A stretch of 64,000 nt of DNA, from contig CBDBCZ010000015.1 of assembly GCA_965203295.1 (NCBI GenBank), positions 160,001 through 224,000 on the forward strand. The letters are read 5' to 3'. Positions 24,518 through 61,800 of the stretch are shown here, piece by piece (positions within the stretch are counted from its first letter, which is position 1; each line of letters starts with the position of its first letter). A program made the position numbers and the translations under genes. Origin of the DNA: Nitrospirales bacterium (lineage in GTDB: Bacteria > Nitrospirota > Nitrospiria > Nitrospirales > UBA8639). The notes beneath the pieces are model-generated. The model made no database searches, had not been told where the DNA came from, and worked only from the letters and a program-made list of their open reading frames with translations.

Positions 24518-25907
24518 TCTCACCTCCTTCTCTGGCATGATGCTGGGGTTCAGCAGAGCCACGACAGTGCCTTGGGCCGTCTTCCAGTGCTCCTGGTACT
24601 ACGCCAGGCTCAATGAATATGTTCCAGTGTCTCAACACGTTTTAAATGCACAGTACAATTCAATACTTGAGTTGTTGTACTGGAGCTCTTGAAGATAGTT
24701 TAACACAGTCTTGGTGTTGTTGCAAAATACGTATATGACTGAACCATGCAATAGCTAGTATATGCATACTAAGAGTCACCACTGACCAAGGAAGCAAGCT
24801 TTATTGATTAGCTATAGTGCTAATTAGCATGATAATGCCTGAAAAGATACATATTATTAAACGTTGATATGATCGCAGTGGAAGTTTGCCCCGTCAATTG
24901 GTCACTTATAGTATGCAGCTACGCTATTAACGCAATTTCGTGTATAGCTAATTCCTGCAGGTTGGTGACAAAGTGAGTCACTTTCCATTGAGGTCAGGGC
25001 ACCACAAGCTTAAGGCAAAGTTTTCTCTTCGCTGTTTGTGTGCTACTGTCTGCAGAGTCCAGCAGACCACATACATGATAGTATAATAACATAGTGGAGT
25101 AGGACAATATATCTAATCAGTATGATCAGTGACTAGACTTTCCAATGCCGCACCAACATTTGGAACAGTGGTTATAGCAGTTGGGCTATATAGCTACTTT
25201 GTTACCTTAGCAAGGCTGAACTCCGAATTGCAGCCAGCTGTCACACTACACTGAGCACTCACAGTTTTTGAATCAAACAGACGACTGGTCAAACGTACAA
25301 TTTAATAATTTCCACACGATATGTGTGCATTTTACTAGAACGATATATCATGCATAGGTTCTGAAAGGGCATCTTAACCCTACATTCATTTGAACAGTAG
25401 CTAAACAATCATGCCACTCGCATGCTGACCTGTATGCTAGAGGTTTGCAAAGCTCAAACCTTTATTGTGTAACAGCTGATGGGCAAAGGAGTGTTCCTTA
25501 TGAAAATATACAACTGTGGAATACTTACATGTATAGTGTCTGATAATTCGGGTTCACTAAAGCAGTCTCACAAGCCAGCCCATGCACTTACACTCTGCAG
25601 CATCGATCACTTACAGTATCGGCATATGGAAGAGACACTTCTGTGTGCTGATAGCCTGATGCTGACACTCTTCCACATGCCATGCTGATACTGAAAGTGA
25701 TCGATTGTTTCTGTAACTACCACCAAAGATACCACATGCCCTTAACAGAGACAAGAAAAGTACAAGTGTAGGTGCAAGTTATCACCCTGCCCCACCCATG
25801 CACCACAGCCCATGCACCACAGCCCATGCACAGGTGACATTCAATCTACTTGCATAACAAATGTACACTGGTATACATAACTGTGTGAACAAATAATTAT
25901 ATTATAA

Positions 25908-37010
<11,103 letters not shown>

Positions 37011-37170
37011 GCACGGATCTTCTATTAGCGCTGCGATCAAGTAGTCTCGTGCCCGGCCCGTCGCTCCTTGATCCTCCCCTAGCTTGCAATGTATAATATA
37101 GTTCGTTCGGATCGTGGTTTCTATATCTCTATTACCTAAGATCAGAACCGAACTGAGACTGACGAGCACG
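37011..37170. promoter_or_regulatory. Bidirectional promoter region TRAPPC13/OXCT1
   Basis: Only 160 bp between the divergent predicted ATGs; CpG-rich relative to the flanks. Confidence 0.65.
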
Positions 37171-52043
<14,873 letters not shown>

Positions 52044-52611
52044 TCATGGAATGTACTATTGAATGAACCTGCCTTACAGTACAATTGAACTGCATTTTAG
52101 TAGCCTCAATTATTAGCATGGTTCTATACAAGTCATGTATTCTGTATTATTATAGATAGTAGATCTATGGTATTATCTATGAACGGCGCGCGGCGCGCGG
52201 TGGTAAGCGTGCATGGGTGGGGCTATGGAAACCTCAGCGATCGAACGCGCGACGACGCGTTGGACGGTAGCGTGATCGTAGCCACTCAAGATTGAGGCTC
52301 GAGCCTAGAGCCATCAAGCAAGTTTCAGTGCCCTTTGCGCCCAAAACAGCATTTTGGGGGCGGACACCAGCTAATACAAGGGCACTGTAAAGGTGAGTGG
52401 CACTCTGACTGAAACAGGTGCACTAAATGGAAATTTCATGGATTGTGTATATAGCTGTATCGTGCGTACTACATAACTATTCAGCTGGCTTTACCAAGGC
52501 TTTGGGGTTTAGAATGATAAAAAATTGGGCGGGCTTCAAAAGTCTACTGCAAAGGAAGGTAGAGTATTATGGTTATGGTCATAATTTTTGGGACCCTTAT
52601 AGTAGAGAGAA

Positions 52612-53437
52612 GTATAGGATAGACTACACCAAAGAGTGGGTTATGCGCCTATGTAACCCACGAGTTTGCGGTTATCCCGAGGCGAAGCCGAGGGATAACT
52701 GTAAACAAGTGGGTTATAGTGCATAACACACGAGTGGGTGTGGTCTATCTGACTTATACCACGTTGCGCATGCGTACAATCTTCGCTCGAACTGATAAAA
52801 GTGTGGGTTATGAAACTATGTAACCCATACTTTTTAGCCAATCACTTTTATTGTAGATGATGTAATGTGGTATAAGTATAGGATAGACTACACCAAAGAG
52901 TGGGTTATGCGCCTATGTAACCCACGAGTTTGCGGTTATCCCGAGGCGAAGCCGAGGGATAAATGTAAACAAGTGGGTTTTAGCGCATATCACACGAGTG
53001 GGTGTGGTCTATCTGACTTATACCACGTTGCGCATGCGTACAATCTTCGCTGCGTAGCAACGTAGCGAACTGATAAAAGTGTGGGTTATGAAACTATGTA
53101 ACCCATACTTATTAGCCAATCATTTTTATTGTAGATAATGTAATGTGGTATAAGTTTAGTTATACCACATTACATCATCTACAATAAAAGTGATTGGCTA
53201 AAAAGTATGGGTTACATAGTTTCATAACCCACACTTTTATCAGTTCGCTACGTTGCTACGCAGCGAAGATTGTACGCATGCGCAACGTGGTATAAGTCAG
53301 ATAGACCACACCCATTCGTGTGATATGCGCTATAACCCACTTGTTTACATTTATCCCTCGGCTTCGCCTCGGGATAACCGCAAACTTGTGGGTTACATAG
53401 GCGCATAACCCACTCTTTGGCGTGGTCTATCCTATAC
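52612..53437. repeat. ~270-bp unit: two direct copies plus one inverted copy forming a ~560-bp palindrome
   Basis: Copies 52612-52875 (+), 52876-53153 (+) and 53160-53437 (-); 6-nt spacer GTTTAG between the inverted arms. Confidence 0.92.
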
Positions 53438-53724
53438 ATATCATCTGTGAATAGGTGGGGCTGCCTGTGGTGTATATCAGAGAGTCAGTGAACTCTCTAT
53501 GTAGGGATGGCACGGACACTCCATATACGCATTATAAATCCAAATCTCTCCAAAAAAAAAAGGTTTTAAGCATTTATAGGGACCTAACCTTCATTGCCAG
53601 GGGTTTTTGCAACCAACAAGGCTCCCAGAGTCGCCAAAAAGCTTCATTAAAGTAGAAAACTGGAAGGTGACTGAAATACAAGTTTGTTCACGTACTAATT
53701 CTAATTCTGGTTTCTTATTATTCT

Positions 53725-53900
53725 TTAACGAGGTTAGTTAATCTGGGATACTAGGAAGAATAAATTATATGGCGATAAGGATGGTAATGGTGAGACATCT
53801 GGTTGCTCTTGCTCTTGTCCTCTGACTGGAGATCTTTCAAGCTCCGCCTGCGTATGTGGGTGTGTGGTCAATGGCGTATGCGCTACGGCAGCAACATGAG
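53725..53900 (+). mobile_element. LINE 3' end fragment
   Basis: Nearly identical to ~22120-22275. Confidence 0.7.
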
Positions 53901-55789
53901 TATATATATTTAACGAGGTTAGCTCAAAATTGGTTCAAGTGATGGCCGTGATTTTAGCACGAAAGAACTTCATTTTCAAGCGCGCAAGACCACGACAACA
54001 TCATCTTCATAACGATCAAACTGATTCTCAAACGCGATATACAGTGCGCCCCATCGAGCTTTGCTGTCCAGTTTTACGCCATTTTATTATTTGTACGCAT
54101 GCGCACAGATTGTCACATGACATGCACTTGGCAACCAGAGACTCGTCAATGCTGACCTACGATGGCTACGTATGTATTTTTTTTGACTAGACCACTGATG
54201 ACCAGACCAGTTTAGTGTCCGCTGTGGTTATGCCGAAGAGACAGTTCACTAGATCGCTTGGCAACCGCGAGAGATGGTGTCCTTTCTTTCAGTGTTGGTC
54301 TTCGACAACTGGATCAGTGAACTTATTCATGCGGCTGGAATAATTATTTTCAGCACTTAGAGTGCACTTTTTACCAAAGTGAGTAGCTAATATAGTCGTG
54401 TCAGTATGAAGACAGCTAGCCCAACTACATATGTGCGTTAAATACAATATTGACGCATAGAGCTCGGCTGGCTACATCTTCACTGGGTGAGGAAAGCCTG
54501 CGTACCTAAATTTTAGGTAAGGCATTATTGCCTGTATGCTAGCGGTATATATTTTTACGAATCCAAGTGATTACAGCAAGATTGAGAGTGAATGGAATTT
54601 CTGCTGCTGTGCAGAAGCTCAGCTATTCTCAACTAAAGCCCAAGCAGAAAATTGTGTTCAATGCATTAGATCTAGTGCCATAGCAAGCTGATCGCTGCTG
54701 TGTAGTTAGTATACATTTTTTACGCGCAACCAGTCTGACTTTATTTAATAATCACATTCTTCTATGGCACAGAATGCTGTCCGCAGTGTCCAGACTCACT
54801 CCTCCCCCTGAGTGAGTCTGGCCCGCGAGACTATGGGTATGAGGCTGCTACTCTGAGCTGCATTCCTAAGAAAAGTTCAGAAGTTGGGGGGTCCAGGTTG
54901 ACACGCCGAAATTTATCTCTTTCTCTGGGACTTTCTGTCTGCATTTTCACGTACCGCGAACTGCTTTTCCTTACTTGCTATCTATTGTCTTTACCTTTGG
55001 AAGTGCGGTCGGCTCGTTATGCATCTTAAGGTAGGGTCTCAAGCAGAGGGGGGTGGCTTACCAGGATTTTCTTTGAGGGAGGGAGATGCCCCCACATCCC
55101 CTTAGAATGATGACTTGTATTCCAAAACAAAACCCCCCAAGCATGCCTACACTGTTTTACAGTGTTGACTGTAGTCCTCTCTGTAGCACTGTCTCCACGT
55201 TTCAGTCTGCCAGCAACACTACTAGCTAAATGTACCCTACAAACCAACAAATCACATGCAGATTACATCTTTAATCTCTATCTGTACAGAGTGAGCGAGT
55301 TCAACTACTTGTAATGTTCACTGGTGCAACTGGTGCATGCATGTAGCTGGGACATACCAGCAAACAATATGAAGAGAGGTGGCCGGTGCAAGTGTTCAAG
55401 TTGTCACTAATTAAACGGGTATATGTCTTCAATAAAATATATTGCAGTGCTACGGTTGCAGTGACATGTGAAAAAGATGTAGGGATGGGGCTGTGTATGT
55501 TGCATTTATGCTATCCCTACACCTTGTTGTCTTGCTTTTTGGCACTCCATCCCTACGTCTACTTAAATTTTTTTGAATTTTTTTCATTTTCTTGTTTTAT
55601 CTTAGTAACCATCAAGTTATTAAGAAATGCAACAGTTGAGGTTGCAACACTATCCCTCGGGTTGCCAATGTGAAAACGAGTATGAGGGCCCTGTAAGGTA
55701 AGGTCGCCTAATTTCGGACGGTGCCTAATTCGGACAAATGTAAGTTTTACTGGTTAGCTATAGATCTAGCCCAAGTCTTGGGCTTCTTC

Positions 55790-56706
55790 TCAGTTACCCA
55801 GAGCTTCTGTTCCACAGGCAGTGTACTTAGAAACTGCTCTATCCCGCATTTCCTCAACTGTCTTCGCGTCCTTTAGCCACTTCTTCTGAATGTCCATTAG
55901 TCGAACGGCAAGCTCTCGATTTGTCTGTCCAGCTCCCCTTGTGGCTGTGCTGAGTGGCACGAGCTTAACACTCAACTCACCAGCCGACTTCGCTGCCGTT
56001 GGCTTCGAATCTTCAGCGACTTTCATCAACCGCTCCATCTGTGCTTGCATCGTATCCATCTGCTGCTTCACTTCTCTTTCCCGGGCAACTCGCTCTTCTT
56101 CTCTTCTCGCCCGTTCAGCCGCAATTTCTTCTTCGCATCGTGCTTGCTCGGCTGCCATCTCTTCTTCTCGGTGTGTTCGTTCGGCAGCTATTTCTTCTTC
56201 ACGCTTACGCCGCTCGTCGATGAGAGCCTTCATCATCTCCTGCAGACTCTCCATATCCAATTCGCTTTGCTTATACTTTCGTCCTGAACGAGTGGCCATA
56301 CATCTAGCGTGGATTGTTCAGCTGCTGCTGCTACGCTCAGGACCCCACTTCTGACACCATAATATGTGGATGCTGCTACGCTCGGGATCCCACTCCTGAC
56401 ACCATATGTGGAAGATTCATGCAACGCGAGGACGGAATAGCGGGTTTTGCTTCGGAGACGATGGCTCATCACTTCAATGAATACCAGATAGAGACCAAAT
56501 AATGAACAAAACTGTACAACTTAAATAGCCTAAAACTAGTAATAAGTGCACAACTGAAATATTGCACATATTAGCACTGGACACAAAAGGTAAGTACACT
56601 ATGACTCAGCACAAACACCTACGTATTAACAATTAAAAGAATGTCCAGTAGCATATTAGCAGTTGTAAGCTGTAAGCCTAAGTTAAGTTCAACAATGTCT
56701 CTAACA
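55790..56706 (-). mobile_element. Gypsy-like LTR retrotransposon remnant: putative 5' LTR, duplicated tRNA-Leu PBS, internally deleted gag
   Basis: gag-like ORF 56299-55790 (coiled coil, VKLVPLS, then SCAN-like RELAVRLMDIQKKWL). On the minus strand ...TCCACA-TA-TGGTGTCAGGAGTGGGAT marks an LTR end plus PBS. Outer LTR boundary uncertain. Confidence 0.7.
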
Positions 56707-57409
56707 CTCTACCTTGATTCATTGGCATGCGATAGGAAATTAATTCAGCTTGTGGCTCTTGGCAACTCTTAATTCTGCAAGTGATTAAGATGGTCATAGA
56801 AAGCAACTGCTAGTGCCACAAGTGCCTATGACCTTAACGTATACACGTACCTGTCAGTCAGTGACTGAGCAAGAAGTGGAACAAAGGAAGTGTACTGGTT
56901 TTGGAGCTGAAGGTGTTCTGTCATGTTTATCATGATACCTCAGTAATTGTAATCTGTTCAAAACTAAGAATGTAAGAACTTCATTGGCAACTATTGTATA
57001 TCCAAAGTAAGTACAATTTTATCAAGGACACTAGTCTAGTGTATGGGTGAGTTTCATTAAGTGTTGCTGTTCTATCTGACAGTACCTAATAGCTAGTCCC
57101 ATTCCCAGGCTCTCAATATAAAAAAACGCCAAGAGGCAGGGTTACCCCATAGCAGTGAATGGTCGAATTAGGAAACTGCTAGCAACTGGTGGTAGCTAAT
57201 GACAAAATCACCTAGATGGATGACATGCATAGGTTTTTTTAAAGTCTTAGAAGCTGCTACAAAAACCTCAGATTCTGAAGGTAGCACTACACCTGGTGAA
57301 ACGCCTTAATTGTAGAGAGCTTTAGTGACTGGTACTCTGTGAGAGGAGATTGCTGCATACCTATCTTTCCTGTGGCACTTTGTTTCCACCACACACTCCA
57401 CACTCGTTT

Positions 57410-57718
57410 ACTGTGTATTGCCTACCCACTGTCTGTGTATTGCCTACCCACTGTCTGTGTATTGCCTACCCACTGTCTGTGTATTGCCTACCCACCGTCT
57501 GTGTATTGCCTACCCACCGTCTGTGTATTGCCTACCCACCGTCTGTGTATTGCCTACCCACCGTCTGTATTGCCTACCCACTGTCTGTGTATTGCCTACC
57601 CACTGTCTGTGTATTGCCTACCCACTGTCTGTGTATTGCCTACCAACTGTCAGTGTATTGCCTACCCACTGTCTGTGTATTGCCTACCCACTGTCTGTGT
57701 ATTGCCTACCCACTGTCT
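57410..57718. repeat. Minisatellite, 22-bp unit (ACTGTCTGTGTATTGCCTACCC), ~14 copies
   Basis: Direct head-to-tail repeats, no unique spacers. Confidence 0.95.
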
Positions 57719-58824
57719 TTTGTTCTTCAGTGGTGATTGCATGAAACACTGCACACATGTACTTAGCTCTAATCCTTGAGGCTGGGATAAAAACCGGCCA
57801 ACATTGCAGTGCTATACGCACATACAGTGTGTACCTACGTAAGCGTCACATTTTTAACTACTCACTGGTTGGTATTCTTATTGTATACATGTACGTTCAT
57901 GCGTATTGGAGTGTTGGTGCTATCCCTACCTCGAGAGTCTACTGACTGATGCATACACTGTATCTAGATTCTGCATCTTTGTCTGGTATAGCACATGAAG
58001 CTTCTCATGACTGTGTACGGCTTTAATGGTCATAGTGCAACAACACGGCAATGGAAGCCCACAGAACCTATGCAAGGATAAGGCTGGAGAAAGTCCAGGA
58101 ACAAAAATGCTGTGGATGCGTGCAGTGCTTCCACCGTCCAGGCACTATATGTACATGTATATTCATTTACCTACTTCATGTATCACAACGTCCATGACTA
58201 ACGGATGATGTGGGCAGTCATCACTTCCTTTTGAGCCTAATCTTAATAGAAAAGTACTACAGTACCCAATACATGTTATGTACATGCTTACCTGCTGTCA
58301 TGATGATCACAATAAACAGAAAGTCTCTTGCCACTTTAATGTATGAGAAAAACTGTCCTATAAATGGGGGGTATTGAATGATTATGTAGGGTTGGGTCTA
58401 TTACGCTTGGTATACATTTTGGCAATAATCAGTCCATAAAGCCTTAAGTTAATGATCGGAGAATTTTTAATGCTTTGTAGAAGCTTGTATATAGCAATCT
58501 CCAAGTACAGTTCGAGCAGTCCCGAGAGCAAGTAAATCCCACAAAGAAGTCTAGTTAATCAAACTTTAGCCAGGGCCACTGTAGCCTCACATGGAACCAT
58601 ATTCATTGGCTGTGGATTACGTACCAGCAGTCCTTGAGCACCATAAGTTTATCCGTGCAAAAAATACAGAACATTAATTGAATCCGTTAGTTCAGCGATT
58701 AGTTAGTGTATGAAAGGAAAGCCCCCACAGTTGTAGAATCCCCATACTCAAGATTTTTCGTTTTGTGATAAAAAGAGTGTGAACACTTTTAAAGGATGAT
58801 CAACTGTTTTCTTATTTCTGCAAG

Positions 58825-61800
58825 ATGGCAGAAGAAAAGAAAAAGAAGCCTCCTGTGGACTATACTGTTTTCAAGAAAGATTATGTCCTACCAATGGAAG
58901 ATCTATCAAAGAATCAGATAAAGACTATGAAGGTTTGTGCGCTATACTCGATCTGCAGTGTAATGCACAGTAGATGGACCTGTGCATATTGCTTGCCAGT
59001 TGATACATGCACGTGCCTAGAACACAACCAAGTCTCTAAATTTTTATTCCTGTGACAGAGAAGCCACTTGATCAATTACACAATTAAAATGGTTCACATT
59101 ATAAACACACATGAAAGTGAAAGTTGGATTGACTGAATGGTACACACACCATTCTCAAGTACATACTCCAAGAGTTATCTTATACATTAAAGGCATCTGT
59201 TCAATGGTACATAACAGCTGCATGACATTTAATTTTATGTACCCTGATTTTTCAGATCTCCCCAAGAGATCAGCAGGGATGTGTCCTGGTGTGCACTCTC
59301 TGCTGCCGACCTCTGAAGTCTGCTCATTCTGCCAGAACACATGTACAGTCGAAGGTGCACATAGTGAAAGTGAAGGTTAGATATGAGTTTATATGTATGC
59401 CCATTAGACAACCTGGTACACACACTGTGCATCTATGCATTATTGTAGTGACAGGGGCATATGAAATGGCTGGATGTCTGACCAGTCAAGACCAAATTCA
59501 GAGGACCAAACTTTGTCATCACTTTCTTAATAGGAACATACATGATTGCATCACTGAGAGTACTTTATACGTGGTTCTGCAACGGCATTTATCTTGTGTT
59601 TGTTGTCAGGAAGAGGAGCTGGAGCAGATGCTGTCCGGGCTTCCGCGTGTTCTCTCCAGACGGCAGCAAGATTGTCTGACTGAAGTGTTGGAGAAGGTGT
59701 TCAGAGAGCAGTCTGCTACAGCGCAGGGTCAGAGTGAGGCCCGGGAGGGCATCGCATCGCAGCTGCAAGAGCTCCTACAGCGCACATTCCCAGGTATGTA
59801 AATTAATAGCCATTGAACATGTATGTACATTTAATGTACGTAAGCACTGGAGATCTACATAAAGCACCACAAAACCCACATAAGGTATACGTTATAGCTG
59901 TCTATCATAGTCTATTGGAACGATGTAATTACTGGACTGTCTGAGTTACCTACTTACTGTTTTGGGACTTTCTGGTGCTTTAGCCATGACTTTTCCTTGG
60001 CTACATCCTTCCAGAAAACTCTACACAAATGTAATGTTATTCCATGCATACAGTAATGTAGTTTACACTTCATGGAGTGCTAGACTACTCTACTAGTACT
60101 GGAGAATGAACGTATGCAGCTCCGCATGCAGCCTTACATTGCAGTCATAACCCCATAGTGGAATCTGATCCGTGGCTGCTAGTAGAGATATAAGTAGATG
60201 TACGTATTTCATTCTTTGTCTCGTTTTCTACTAGCCCCCTTCCCAGCCTCTTCCTATTAACAGTCGGAGATACGTACATGTACATAGCAAGCTATTTAGA
60301 GTTCTGATTCCAATTCATGGGCTAGTGACTGTAGCAGTTAATGATGATCTCTTTGGACGCATGCCGTATATTCTGGTATGAGCTCTGGTCTAGTGCAGCG
60401 TACGATAAATTATGTACCGTGGATTGGGAAATTCCGTCATTACCCCATGCCAACAAAAATCAAACCACGACTTTATCAACATGAAATGTCAAACAATGTA
60501 GCTACATTTTCAGTGTACCGAAATGACGAAAAGTCTAGTCTGTGTAGCTAAAATAGCGTCACTTTGAGAGAAAAGGAGTACTTTTGTGTGGTGCTCTAGA
60601 TTATTAGCATGCATAACATGATGTGCAGTCAGAAAGTGAGCCATATATCTACCCAGATGTGTAGTATGTGATTAATGGTGGTGCTGCAGCTATATGTATA
60701 ATACTGGAAAAAACTTCTAACTTTGATGACAAATATGTGTATGAGTAATATCTGTTCAAAGTTTCTGGCAGAAAAGCAGAAGCAACACTTATTACACTAT
60801 GATTATGGCCGTTGGAGATAAGGAAGTAGGTGCATACTTATATGTGTACATGTAAAGTAAAGCTCCATGAGGGAAGGGGAGAAGGGAAGAGGGGAAGTTG
60901 TAGTGTGGGTGTGATAGCCAGTGATCCTGCGTTTATATTCCAGATGTAGCTGTCGAGCTGTTTGGATCCAGTGCTTCAGGATTTGCTCTGAGTACAAGTA
61001 ATGTCAACCTTGACCTCAGCATCCCAGGTGCACAGGAGGACCAGGTGATCACTGTTCTGCATAGCGTGCGGTTTGTCAGTCCCAACCAGTATCTAGACCG
61101 TACAAACTTCACTTGAAAATGTAGACAGTCAGCTGTTCTTTGAAGATTTACCCTCCACTGATACCATAGATTTGGCAATTTGATAATGTATTTTTGATAG
61201 TGGTAGCCGCTAGCAATTAAGGCTTTAGGAGCCTGTTTTAATTGGGCTTTGTCTTGCTGGTTGTGAGGGGGAAAATGTATCAAAAGTGTGTCTGACACAT
61301 AAAATTTTGGTGTGCTCATTCTTTTTTTAGCTCTGTAGCCACGTGTGTGTTGTATAAGTTGTGCAAATGATACATCAATGAGTACATACATGTAGAGGGA
61401 AGTGGTTGCAATGGTGAATTTATATACATGTACGTTGTATGCAGTGCTAGTGAGGAATTATGATCTCTCCTGTATTAATCATCAATTGGTGATAGGTCCT
61501 CATACCTCAGGTGATGAAGAAAACTGTTGAGATTCTCTCTGCCAACAGTAAGTGCATATATGGACATGTACATTTTTTGTGTATATGCAGGATAGTGGAG
61601 GAGAGTGCATGTCCACTATGTAGTTATTTGCGGTTCGGAAGCAGCTGGGGTATTGTAAAGTGAACAGTTGTCCTGAAAATAGAAGAAAAATTTAATATGT
61701 AATAATGAAGAAATATTCCCTGTGTAGTTGTTGCCTCAAAGAAAGTATAGTAAGGTTAGGCCCATCCCAAAGTTGAGAAATATCTTGATTGTGTACAGCT

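Noticed and set aside
52427..53439. Three similar ORFs (YRIDYTKEWVMRLCNP...)
   Set aside because: They are translations of the non-coding palindromic repeat unit; no protein-family motif recognised.
57410..57718. CRISPR-like array or Cys-rich repeat ORFs
   Set aside because: Head-to-tail 22-bp units with no unique spacers, in a eukaryotic context; the ORFs are a by-product of a stop-free minisatellite.
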